Source of the DNA: Amphiscolops sp. MND2022
Lineage: Eukaryota
Direction: 5' to 3'
DNA length: 64,000 bases
Assembly: GCA_964187785.1 (NCBI GenBank)
Contig: OZ076409.1
Coordinates: 78,556,001 to 78,620,000, forward strand
Positions 37,407 through 47,488 of this stretch are shown here, piece by piece. Below the pieces are notes generated by a model. It had not been told where the DNA came from. It searched no databases and saw nothing but the letters and a program-made list of their open reading frames with translations. The translations under genes and the position numbers were made by a program. How positions within the stretch are numbered: the stretch's first letter is position 1; the number at the start of each line of letters is the position of its first letter.

Positions 37407-40400
37407 TCAAGTCTCCGAACCAACAAAGTGAGGAATCAAATGAAACCCCTCACATTCCAACTGCTGGAACGTCCGGCCAACATTTTTATATAGAATTATT
37501 TCAATACGCCGTCGGAGACAAAAATAAAAATAATGGCCTTAGCACTCAATTTCTCATAGATACTGGCGCAACGTGCTCCATTATCAACCGTGAGACATTC
37601 ACTGAAATTAACAAAATTCAGCCTTTAGTTGTAACGCCTCTCGAGAAATCGCCTTTAGCTGCTAATGGACACGCAATGCCCATGAAAGGGAAAACTATTA
37701 TTCAGTCTGCGTTTGACGTAGAATATTCTTGTGTGATCGAACACACTGTTTATGTGTCTGATTCCCCCGAGGCGAGAATGAACATTCTTGGAATGGATTT
37801 TTTGGCAAATTTTGGTGAATTCATTAACTTGAGAAATCCAATGCTAATTTTAACGGTCTTCCCCGGCAAATGTGTTAAACTGTCGCCTTATTTAGACAAG
37901 CCTTTTCCCTACTTCTCCCAGGTTAATTCAGTAGAATTGACTCAAGACATCACAATTGCACCGTATTCGACCCGAGTTTTGAGTTTAATTGCTAGAGATG
38001 AAGATAAACATTTGTTCAAACAGGGAACAAGTTTCCGTTTACACCAAGACATTTTAGATACTGGCATTTACACGTATCACGTGTATTGCTCACAAGACGA
38101 GTCGAAATATCCTTTAATGCTGAACAATCCGAACCCGAATAGTATTACTATTCGTAAAGGAATTCTTGGATACACATTGCTCGATAGCGTCCAAGAGACC
38201 TCGCAATTGATGAGTGTCGTTGACAATGTCGCTTTCATTGAGTATCTCAAAACCTCTGAGTCTCAATGGAACAAGGATTTACACGTTTGTTCGACCGAAC
38301 CGTATATTTATTCCTTAACGGAAATTGATTCACGGAAACAAATGGCCGAAAGCGCTATTTCGCAAAATGAACTGGCTACTGATTTCTCCAATGAGGTGAA
38401 ATCATTACAACCGAAAATGCCCAAAACTGCTTCCGATATTAAAAGGAAACAACTCGACGATGAATTTTACGCCGAGTTTAGTCCCGCCGAACGCAACTTT
38501 TTAGAAAAGTTTGACTTTTCTGAATCCGATATAAATGACCGTGAATTACAACATCTTCTCCGAGTTTTAGTTGAAAACAATGACGTGTTTTCAAAATTTA
38601 CTTATGATGTTGGAAAAATCACACAAACATTTCATGTACAATTGAAGAAAAACGCCGAATTGCGAAAACAAAGGCCCTCAAAAGTCCCTCTGCACTACAG
38701 AGACCGACTTGAAATTCTTCTGAATGAACTGCAACGAGCTGGAATCATTCGAGAAATGGGAAATGATGTGGAAATGGATTCCCTATTCACAAACCCTATC
38801 ATCATTTTACCAAAAGGAGATACCGTGAAGCTTGTGATTGACGCACGTTATCTTAACTCAATCACTGACTTGACTAACTACTCATGGCCCCTTGAACCAG
38901 TACAAATGTTACTGACACGACTTGATGGAGTTTATTACACAACGAGTGATTTAGCTTCCGCCTATAACCAAGTACCCCTCACCGAAGATACGAAGAAGTT
39001 GACAAGCTTTATTGTTGGTGGAAAACAGTACATGTTCGAACGAGGATTCTATGGTCTTTGCGGACTACCAAACTTCTTCAGTCGGATAATGACTATTCAT
39101 TTCGCTGAAATGATAGCCAAGAAACAAGTGATAACATACATTGATGATGTTATCTTACAGGCAAAAACCAAACAAGAAATGTGGAATAATTTGGATTCAT
39201 ACTTCAAGTGCTTGAGATCATCAGGTCTGAAAGCTGCACCGAACAAAACAAAACTGTTCTTGAGGAAAGTTCAGTTTCTTGGACACATTGTTTCCGACAA
39301 AGGAATCCAGCCAGTAGCCAAAAAGGTACAAGATTTGAAAAACCTGAAAAGCCCTGAGAACAAAAGAGATGTAATGCGCATCTTAGGAAGTTTAGGTTTC
39401 TACAGCACCTTCATCAAAAATTTACATGTAGATTCGAAACCTTTCTACGAACTTCTGAGAGATGACACTCCATTCAAATGGACAAAAGAGCATGAGAACT
39501 TGTTCCAAGACATAAAAAATAGAATCAGCGAAGAAACCATCTTAGCTGTACCAAACCCAAAGTATCCGTTCCACATCCATGTCGACTCCTCCAGTATTGG
39601 TACGGGATCAATCTTAATTCAAGATTTTCCTTCCGGGAAACGTATAGTTTCCTTCAATTCGCGAGTCTTTACAAAGGATGAACAAAAGATGTCAACGCTA
39701 CATCGAGAACTGTGCGGAATCATTTCTGCTCTACAAACGTATGAGCATTTCATAATTGGATCTCGGCATCCCATCAAGGTATTCTGTGATCACAAGCCCC
39801 TCCTGTATCTATGGGCACGCAAAGGAAGATTATCTCATAGATTCTTCCGCTACCAAGTGATTATCACTCAGTTCACTAATTTGCAAATCATTTGGACCCC
39901 TGGAAAGAATTTAGCGTTTCCAGATTTGCTAAGCAGAAATGTGTCGTTGAAAGATCTCAACGGGCACCAATTGCTTCACAAAGAAATTCCAAAAGATATA
40001 AAGTTCTTCAGCCAAAGTGGACACGAAGTTCAGTATCTGATAGACCACAACAGCCCTGCTGAAAGCGCCAACGATGATTTCTACCCAATTGTTTGCACTC
40101 ACTTGGGTGAAACAAAGAAACTTCACCTGAAAAATGATGGTACAGATCTTATCTGTACGGTATACGATCCAAACTCTCCGAAAGCGCTCTTTGATGTTTC
40201 TGACTCCTTTCGTGAAGGTAAGGACATCAACATCCGACGTAAATGGCAAACCCCACCAATAGTTGTGGAAGCCGACGTCCATGAAAATCATTATTCAGGG
40301 ATTGACTCTGAAACCGACAATAGTGACAATGAAGCTTCTGACGAAGATCCTCTATTGAACACAGAGGTTGTAAATGCATCTAAAGAAGATGTTCCTTTCA

Positions 40401-42541
40401 TCCTCTCCATTTTTACCATTCAAGACTCACAACAACCATTGAAACTTGTTACCGATAACCTTGATTTAAACAATATTTTGGCAAACCAACAGGATGACCC
40501 AGTCCTGAGCACTGTTAAATCATGGATAATTAAAGGCAAAGTGCCGTCAAAAGATGTCGAGTCAAGACAATGCAAGGGATTACTTGGCTACTCAAATCAA
40601 TTTGAAAAATTGTTCATCGATGAAGAAACCCATCTTGTTTGTAAAACTAGCAAGCATTCATCACGACAAATATGTTTGCCTCGCAACTGTTTCATTGAAG
40701 CTTTCAATGTTGCACACGACCATCGACTTTCAGGACATCCCGGATGTGAAAAGACACTTTTGTCTCTGAAAAGATTTTTCTATTGGCCTGGTATGTATAA
40801 ATGGGTGCGGACTCTAACGAAGAGCTTCCTGATATGCCGAAAAAATAAACAAGTCAGAAAGAATCAAAACACCGCTCCAAATGAAAAATGGGGAGAAGAA
40901 ATTCCTTATCCCTTTCACACTGTTCACATCGACCACAAAGGACCTTTGAATCCCATGAGTGACGGAAAACATCACTGTTTAGTTGTGATTGACGCATTCT
41001 CACGATTCATACAAGTTTACCCAGTCAAGTCGACTGATGCAAGTAATACTATTGAAGCCATGACTTCTTTCATTACTTCATTTGGCATTCCTCAAAAACT
41101 TGTATATGATAGAGGTACGTCGTTCATGAGCACTGATTTCTCAACCTTTCTCTTGGATTTAGGCATAACGCATGCCCCAAGAACTAAATGGTCCCCTTGG
41201 ACTAACGGCAAGGTTGAAATCCAAAACAAACACCTCAGTCGATACTTTCGATGCTATCTTTCCGAAGCAGGAAATAATTGGGCCAAGCTGGCTCCTCAAT
41301 TCGCCTTTGCTCATAACACTTCAGTGAACGCCAGTACAGGAGCAACTCCCTATGAAGTTGTTTTCGGATTTAAACCACAAATTCCGATTTCGTTGAAACT
41401 AGGTCTCGTAAGAGACGACAATGATTTGTGTCAATCCGAATTCTGTCAGTCTTTACCTGACCATTCACACCTGAATAAAGACACGAAACATTCTTGCATC
41501 GACTCCTTACTGACGTCAAAGTGTTCATTGGATTTGTTACACAGAGAAACACAATTCAAAAACATATACAGAAAAGTATATACAAAGGTTCGTAAAGCGA
41601 ATCATCGATCTCTGCCGTACCGAAACAAGTACAAACTTGCTAAACCATTACGTGTTGGACAAAAAGTACTACTCGAAAATCATCAAGTCCCATTCGGGAA
41701 ATCACAAAAACTGTGCGAGCTCCGAAGTGGACCGTACACTGTGACTAAAGTGATCACGAAAGTGAACTACGAAGTCGCGCTCGATTCGGATCCAACGAAG
41801 ATTCATGTCGTTCATCGTAATCATCTCGTTGAATTTTTCCCTCGTAATAATGACTTACCGACATTGTTGTCCAATTACGAAAGGCCTGTCAACGACGACA
41901 GAACCGAACATTTTTACAACGAGTATGCAAAGAATCGACTCTCCGAATTGAACAAACCAATTGAAACGCTTGCTGAACGACAGCACGTACAAGAATACTT
42001 ACCTATATTTCCCGACACACCTGGTCCATCCAGGATGAACACGACTTATAGTTCGCCTGCTAAATGCGGCTCCGCTCATTCGACACCGACTTTCTTAGCG
42101 AGCTCACCCGACTCTGGCATCCCTCAGTCATCTCCTCAGACTCCTATTTCATTTCAAGGAGAATCGCCAGCAATAACTAGTCAGCCAACCACACCTAGTC
42201 CTTTACCCCGCAATATTCCTTCAACTAGTACTGCCGCTGCTCCACGCTCACGAAAAACGGAAACATTCTTAGAGAGTGGTACGGAAAGCCTTATTTCTAA
42301 TATTATTATCATTTCTCTTTTTCTACTCTCTCTCGCCAAGTCATTCCAAACAAATCCTATGCAAAGCGCATTTGTATATCTTTCTACTGTTTCTATCTCT
42401 ATTTATACAAGATGTTTTACTTTATTCTTTTCCTTTTTCCTTTTTCTTGTGCAAGTGATGACTTTGACAATGTGTCAAAGAACTTGTTTGTATCTCATTA
42501 TGATTGCACAAAAATGCAAGACAATCGAATGTACTCCCTGA
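37388..42541 (+). CDS. pol: Pol polyprotein PR-RT-RNase H-IN (true C-terminus uncertain, possibly 42300)
   Basis: LIDTGA protease; DLASAYNQ and YIDD RT; VDSS/RELCG/CDHKPL RNase H; HIDH/YDRG/NGKVE DDE integrase; GPY motif. Confidence 0.96.
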   Translation: MQSFKLIKSPNQQSEESNETPHIPTAGTSGQHFYIELFQYAVGDKNKNNGLSTQFLIDTGATCSIINRETFTEINKIQPLVVTPLEKSPLAANGHAMPMKGKTIIQSAFDVEYSCVIEHTVYVSDSPEARMNILGMDFLANFGEFINLRNPMLILTVFPGKCVKLSPYLDKPFPYFSQVNSVELTQDITIAPYSTRVLSLIARDEDKHLFKQGTSFRLHQDILDTGIYTYHVYCSQDESKYPLMLNNPNPNSITIRKGILGYTLLDSVQETSQLMSVVDNVAFIEYLKTSESQWNKDLHVCSTEPYIYSLTEIDSRKQMAESAISQNELATDFSNEVKSLQPKMPKTASDIKRKQLDDEFYAEFSPAERNFLEKFDFSESDINDRELQHLLRVLVENNDVFSKFTYDVGKITQTFHVQLKKNAELRKQRPSKVPLHYRDRLEILLNELQRAGIIREMGNDVEMDSLFTNPIIILPKGDTVKLVIDARYLNSITDLTNYSWPLEPVQMLLTRLDGVYYTTSDLASAYNQVPLTEDTKKLTSFIVGGKQYMFERGFYGLCGLPNFFSRIMTIHFAEMIAKKQVITYIDDVILQAKTKQEMWNNLDSYFKCLRSSGLKAAPNKTKLFLRKVQFLGHIVSDKGIQPVAKKVQDLKNLKSPENKRDVMRILGSLGFYSTFIKNLHVDSKPFYELLRDDTPFKWTKEHENLFQDIKNRISEETILAVPNPKYPFHIHVDSSSIGTGSILIQDFPSGKRIVSFNSRVFTKDEQKMSTLHRELCGIISALQTYEHFIIGSRHPIKVFCDHKPLLYLWARKGRLSHRFFRYQVIITQFTNLQIIWTPGKNLAFPDLLSRNVSLKDLNGHQLLHKEIPKDIKFFSQSGHEVQYLIDHNSPAESANDDFYPIVCTHLGETKKLHLKNDGTDLICTVYDPNSPKALFDVSDSFREGKDINIRRKWQTPPIVVEADVHENHYSGIDSETDNSDNEASDEDPLLNTEVVNASKEDVPFILSIFTIQDSQQPLKLVTDNLDLNNILANQQDDPVLSTVKSWIIKGKVPSKDVESRQCKGLLGYSNQFEKLFIDEETHLVCKTSKHSSRQICLPRNCFIEAFNVAHDHRLSGHPGCEKTLLSLKRFFYWPGMYKWVRTLTKSFLICRKNKQVRKNQNTAPNEKWGEEIPYPFHTVHIDHKGPLNPMSDGKHHCLVVIDAFSRFIQVYPVKSTDASNTIEAMTSFITSFGIPQKLVYDRGTSFMSTDFSTFLLDLGITHAPRTKWSPWTNGKVEIQNKHLSRYFRCYLSEAGNNWAKLAPQFAFAHNTSVNASTGATPYEVVFGFKPQIPISLKLGLVRDDNDLCQSEFCQSLPDHSHLNKDTKHSCIDSLLTSKCSLDLLHRETQFKNIYRKVYTKVRKANHRSLPYRNKYKLAKPLRVGQKVLLENHQVPFGKSQKLCELRSGPYTVTKVITKVNYEVALDSDPTKIHVVHRNHLVEFFPRNNDLPTLLSNYERPVNDDRTEHFYNEYAKNRLSELNKPIETLAERQHVQEYLPIFPDTPGPSRMNTTYSSPAKCGSAHSTPTFLASSPDSGIPQSSPQTPISFQGESPAITSQPTTPSPLPRNIPSTSTAAAPRSRKTETFLESGTESLISNIIIISLFLLSLAKSFQTNPMQSAFVYLSTVSISIYTRCFTLFFSFFLFLVQVMTLTMCQRTCLYLIMIAQKCKTIECTP
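37397..37403 (+). promoter_or_regulatory. -1 ribosomal frameshift slippery site T TTA AAC
   Basis: In gag phase directly before the TAA stop; pol lies in the -1 frame. Confidence 0.85.
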
Positions 42542-44766
42542 ACAAGGTAGCAGACTGCAAGATCACACCAGAAAACTTGTATGTCACCCCGGCTACTATC
42601 ACACTTTATCAGAAGAACTATCGGACTGATCTGGCAGCAACAATGTGTTCTGTCAAGGCCCATGTCTTCCGCTACAATTGTGGAATGTTTTCGCATTCGT
42701 CCTACGTTCATACTCAAAATAGTATAACGTATGACCTCATCGTTACCCCTGAAATGTGCCGACAGGCATCAAAGACGAACAAAATTAAAATTTCGTCTTT
42801 TAGCGAAAACTTCGATGCCCCAATTGAATTCGATACAAAGAAACAATCGAATTTCAATGATGGACAATCAGTCCGCACAACCATTCATTGCTCAAGTGGT
42901 CAAGTACAGCACTATACCTTCGAGACGTTCATGCAACGTGTGAATTTGACATTCGATTACGGAACCAAAGAGGTTTCCAATCCAAATAAACAAAAATTGC
43001 CATGTCTTTTAATGGAGGGTGGTTGCGAGACCACTACTTTAGACCCATTCGCTTACACGTGGGATACTCCCGAAAACTGCGTGATGACAAAAATCCTCAC
43101 TCAGGAAGCAAAAATGCTCAAGTATCCATTGTCAACGAACAGAAACGAAAACCAATTTTTCCTAATCAGCGAATATAATGAGACTGGCAAAGGAATGAAC
43201 CTCAAAATCAAAGTCTTCCCTGAAAGCTATGAGCTATGTGGGAAACCTGAACGATTGTTCAAAACAAATTTTGAGAGTCTATTTGTGACTTACCAAGGAG
43301 GTTTCGCAATGCCAGGTGGAGAACTACGAACTAAAGAACATGCTTTTAACGCCTACCAATTTTCCATTGACAACTCTAGCCAGGTCTCTTATTCGTCATT
43401 ATCTTTCAGCAAATCAAATGGCCAATGGATTGGTGCACAGCCTTGGCATACCGTCGGCGCGGATGAAATTGATTATGAATTGCACTTGGGAACAAAGTTA
43501 GACTATATAATGTACTTCAATGCGAAGCAATTGAGGCATTCTGAAATGACACTTCTGCAGAGTCAATGTGAACTCGAACGAACTCAAATGTTAACTATTT
43601 TAATGTTAGCAATGCAAAACACAAGACTTGCCGGTTACATGTTAACTGGAAACAGGTCTATGTTCCTTGACACCGATGGAAGTGTCGCATGGTTATACCA
43701 TTGTCCGAAGTTTTTGTCGCCCTTGAAAGTGCTTGATAAATGTTATGATCGAATCCCGATCATGTTTGAACGGTCTACGAAATTTGTAGATCCCATCACC
43801 CGTCAGACTTATGATTTTGCATCCGAGATACCCTGTTTGGGAGATTACACAAATGTGTTTCAACTTGATCTCGAAAATGACAATTCCTGGTACCAACTTT
43901 TACCTGAGCCCATGCCTTTCAATAAACCTTTGTTGTTCAAGCCAACTGAACTTGGACATATTACTCAGTTTCCAACTTTCGACACCAGGCGTGCTGGAAT
44001 GTACACCCCAAATCAAATGAAAAATTTTTGGGATAATGTAATCCACAACTCTGCTTCTGATACATTATTGAAGAAGCTTACTCGGACTATTTTGACTCGA
44101 GGTAACTCAGTTCGAATTTCCGAACCGGGAAACTTGGAACGTCTTTTGAGTCTAAATGATAGACTTCTGTTGGATCACTTGTTGACGCCTTCTTTTTTCG
44201 TCGATAAATTCAAGGAAACTTTTGGCGAATTGGGATATATTATCCAATGTTTAGGAAACTTTTTTGCTTGTTTCCTTTTGGTAAAGTTCGTTATTGATGT
44301 TGTTGTCATTGTCCTCCGAGGACTTGAAATTCGAAAAGTTTCTGGTGCCACTTTTGGTTTTGTCAGAACTATGTTAGGCGCAACTTTTAATTTATTTGTT
44401 CTCTCACTTCAGACTCCAATGTACGAAAATGAGGAAAATAAAAGGATTTCAAATGGTTTCTCGCAGAACCCTGCAGGCAATAGACCTATAGCTGCACCAA
44501 TGTACGAAGAAAATCCGACTCTTTTGTATCCTCAAGTACATCTCTTGAACAATCCGATTGCGATTGGTTCTACTCTTAATGAAAGACGAAGAGCTGAGTC
44601 AAATGTATTAAATCAAACAGGAAATGCTCCTAGTACATTAAATACCTTTTTACAAAATAACGATGGCAATAACAGTTCTGGAAATGCTCCGACTACTGTC
44701 AATGAAAACGCTCCTAGTACCTCAAATAACAACAGTAATGGAAATGCTCCATTACCCCCACCATAA
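42412..44766 (+). CDS. env: Envelope glycoprotein, chuvirus G / class III (gB-like) type
   Basis: 784 aa; N-terminal signal peptide, SHYDC motif, Cys-rich ectodomain, QCELER...AGYML...WLYHC...CYDRIPI...FVDPITR block, transmembrane segment and cytoplasmic tail. Confidence 0.85.
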   Translation: MFYFILFLFPFSCASDDFDNVSKNLFVSHYDCTKMQDNRMYSLNKVADCKITPENLYVTPATITLYQKNYRTDLAATMCSVKAHVFRYNCGMFSHSSYVHTQNSITYDLIVTPEMCRQASKTNKIKISSFSENFDAPIEFDTKKQSNFNDGQSVRTTIHCSSGQVQHYTFETFMQRVNLTFDYGTKEVSNPNKQKLPCLLMEGGCETTTLDPFAYTWDTPENCVMTKILTQEAKMLKYPLSTNRNENQFFLISEYNETGKGMNLKIKVFPESYELCGKPERLFKTNFESLFVTYQGGFAMPGGELRTKEHAFNAYQFSIDNSSQVSYSSLSFSKSNGQWIGAQPWHTVGADEIDYELHLGTKLDYIMYFNAKQLRHSEMTLLQSQCELERTQMLTILMLAMQNTRLAGYMLTGNRSMFLDTDGSVAWLYHCPKFLSPLKVLDKCYDRIPIMFERSTKFVDPITRQTYDFASEIPCLGDYTNVFQLDLENDNSWYQLLPEPMPFNKPLLFKPTELGHITQFPTFDTRRAGMYTPNQMKNFWDNVIHNSASDTLLKKLTRTILTRGNSVRISEPGNLERLLSLNDRLLLDHLLTPSFFVDKFKETFGELGYIIQCLGNFFACFLLVKFVIDVVVIVLRGLEIRKVSGATFGFVRTMLGATFNLFVLSLQTPMYENEENKRISNGFSQNPAGNRPIAAPMYEENPTLLYPQVHLLNNPIAIGSTLNERRRAESNVLNQTGNAPSTLNTFLQNNDGNNSSGNAPTTVNENAPSTSNNNSNGNAPLPPP

Positions 44767-45039
44767 CGTTTAAAAAAAAACGTTTGCTCTTTAGTGAAAT
44801 TTCTCTTACTTAAAAGTGATAAGGCTTCCTGGAATAGATACCACTGTGATTATTGATGTTTTTCTTCTGGTCACAAACATAATGACACAAGCACAAATTG
44901 ACTTACAAACCCTATATAACTCGCTTTCTAAAATTTAGTATAGTCGCCAACTACCAACTACCAGTTATTCCAAGTTATCCTTTGTTGTTCTTTAATTATC
45001 AGCTTAGAATTTAACGACACTTAATTACTCCTACCCACG

Positions 45040-46599
45040 ATGTCTGATGCTATCGACCTATTCGAGCCTGAAGGTTTCATCCCTGATGACCTGCGTCCTT
45101 CTAATGTAACCTTTAGGTCCCGGAAAACAAAACGGGTTAAACCCTGTTTTCAAAAACATCACAACCAGGCTAACAAGCGATTAGCCTCTACCGACCCTGA
45201 GCCAAATTGGCCAAGAAAAGCTACTAAATTCGAAAATAATGTGAATTTCGACCCTAACCGCCTGTCAAAGAGACTCGGTGATGGGAAAATTAAAGGCCCC
45301 TCGTGCGTGTCAATGAGACTCGACGACGGGTTACCCAAAGAAAAAAATTGGTTTCCAAGCCTTAAAGAAAGGCTTGAAATCCAAAAATCCCGCGAAAATA
45401 ATGTGGACACTGACGACCCCAAATTCATCAAATTCCTAAAGTATGGTATACGGAAGGACCATAATGAATGGTTCCTTGCCACTCCTAAAACAGGGATTGA
45501 AATTGTCAACAAAAAGTTGAATTGTTCTATTGTTATTCCCCCCGACAATTGCCCAGCCATAAAAGTTACTCTTCCGAAGGACATGAACCAATGGAGGTTA
45601 AAAGACCGTCTTCCTGAAGAAAGGAAGTATGTAGTTTATAATCATCAACTTGACTCCATGATAAAGGCCCCCTTTGGTGTTATCACCGCGTTCCCTGACG
45701 ATCCAAACCCTCTTTTCAACGATAATACAAGTACAATCAGTTCGTCAGATAGTACATCCTCCTCCAGGGAAGTGTCCGCCGATAATCCCCATATTCCATC
45801 CAATACTAGATCCACAGGCAATGCGACTACACAAACTGGGAATGAAGAGTGGACCGATACACCTGATACCAATCTTACCGCTGCTCTTTGGAAAACCGAA
45901 TTCGCAATTGCCGAATTTGAACAACAAAATCGCAGCCTGAACATTGAACTAGCCAATTTGAAGAATGCTCTCTGCTCTGCCAATCGGTCACGAGCAATGG
46001 CTAAAGAGAGTGCCAATCGAGCTGAATTCAAGTTAGAAATCTCCGAAAGAGTAACATCAGACCTTTTCGATGAGAATAAGGAACTGAAAAGCCAAATTGA
46101 AGAAGCGACCTCCAAAGCGGAGTCACTTCAAAGTGAACTTTTAGAATCAAACAAGACAAACATCCTCCTAAAGGAGAAACTTGATGCCTTCGATGTGGCA
46201 AATAAACGATTCAAGGAAATTCTTGATAAAAAGGACACTAAATTAAAGGACCAAACCGAAATTGACAAGCTGGTCAAACAACTGCAGACAATGAGAGTCG
46301 AAATCGACATTCAACGAGCCGAGGCTATTCAATTGATCCAGGCAGTAGATGCAAAACAGTATGAAAAGCTGGAAAAATGCTTACACGCCCTGCTAACCCA
46401 CGCTGATCACTGGGATTGGCAACAATACGAAAAGTACTCCATTTTTAACGTAAAACGAGGAAATGTCAAAACCCGACTTTCAACAGTCTACTATCCCATT
46501 GCATACAATTTTGACAAAGACCCCGAGTGGAAGAATAAATGTACTCGATTACCCTGGCCCATAAATTTAAAGCAAGTGCCAACTGGAAGGAATAATTGA
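45040..46599 (+). CDS. Accessory ORF4, coiled-coil protein of unknown function
   Basis: Intact 519-aa ATG ORF between env and the 3' LTR; E/K/L-rich heptad region at about aa 285-440. Confidence 0.8.
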   Translation: MSDAIDLFEPEGFIPDDLRPSNVTFRSRKTKRVKPCFQKHHNQANKRLASTDPEPNWPRKATKFENNVNFDPNRLSKRLGDGKIKGPSCVSMRLDDGLPKEKNWFPSLKERLEIQKSRENNVDTDDPKFIKFLKYGIRKDHNEWFLATPKTGIEIVNKKLNCSIVIPPDNCPAIKVTLPKDMNQWRLKDRLPEERKYVVYNHQLDSMIKAPFGVITAFPDDPNPLFNDNTSTISSSDSTSSSREVSADNPHIPSNTRSTGNATTQTGNEEWTDTPDTNLTAALWKTEFAIAEFEQQNRSLNIELANLKNALCSANRSRAMAKESANRAEFKLEISERVTSDLFDENKELKSQIEEATSKAESLQSELLESNKTNILLKEKLDAFDVANKRFKEILDKKDTKLKDQTEIDKLVKQLQTMRVEIDIQRAEAIQLIQAVDAKQYEKLEKCLHALLTHADHWDWQQYEKYSIFNVKRGNVKTRLSTVYYPIAYNFDKDPEWKNKCTRLPWPINLKQVPTGRNN

Positions 46600-46811
46600 A
46601 AGCCCCCTATAAACTGCTCTCCAACCAAAACTGAAACTCTTTTAACTTGATAATTTGCTTAAACTTATTTAACCTTTAAAATTTCTTTATCTTAACGTAA
46701 ACTTTACATAAGTTTTACCCATTTTCCATTATACCCATTTTATACACATTATATTTATTAATTGATTTGGTATTACGACTAATGCAGTCTTCTCTGTCAA
46801 CTGGGGTGAGT

Positions 46812-47318
46812 TGTAGCAATGCGCTATTTCTAATCTAGTTCATTTTCCCAACAGAGGAAATTGACTCAGAGACATAATAATTTCCAAAGCGGAATTATTA
46901 GAGCATTTTAATTTCTAAGCGAATAGCAACGCGCTAAAAGGAAATTGGAATTCCCAAATTCCTTTAATGCTCAGCCAATAGGAAAAAGCCACGCGAAAGT
47001 AGAACTGTCCTGAGCTGGAAAGAGAAAGACAGGTACCAATTCCAACGCGGAACACTGAGAAAGCAACAACTCTTTTCTCTTCTCTCAATTTTCCTTCTCT
47101 CTTGCTCTCTGAAAATCCCCCAAAATTGAAAGGACAAAGAGTCCCAAAATTGACAGAACATTATAAATTTTACAAGTCAGCGATTTGCAGGACTTAACAA
47201 AATTCTACTTACTGTAAACCTCCAGTTTAAATTTATCTTCCTTTTCGTAACACTTTTTGAGACTTATTGCTTAGGTTAGAAAGCGAGTACTAAGTAACCA
47301 AAACACCGGTTTACAACA
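46812..47318 (+). repeat. 3' LTR (507 bp), preceded by a short purine tract GGGGTGAG
   Basis: Near-identical to 35137-35644. Confidence 0.97.
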
Positions 47319-47488
47319 ATACCACAAGGTTAAAAATTCAAACCTATTCAATGAAGCGTGGAACTAACTTATCGATGAGACAGAACTAGACAAACTGATG
47401 GAAACTTGATAATAATTATAAGTTAGTTCCACGCTTCATTGAATAGGTTTGAATTTTTACCGTTGTGGTATTTTACCTCCGGTATTTT
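47319..47488. repeat. Inverted repeat (~70-bp arms) whose left arm was split by the LTR element
   Basis: 35116-35136 joined to 47323-47372 is the near-perfect reverse complement of 47418-47488. Confidence 0.9.

Larger units (their letters stand above)
35137..47318 (+). mobile_element. Full-length Ty3/Gypsy LTR retroelement with envelope gene (12,182 bp)
   Basis: Paired TG...CA LTRs, 4-bp TSD ATAC (35133-35136, 47319-47322), PBS, gag, PR-RT-RH-IN pol, env-like ORF and ORF4. Confidence 0.97.
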
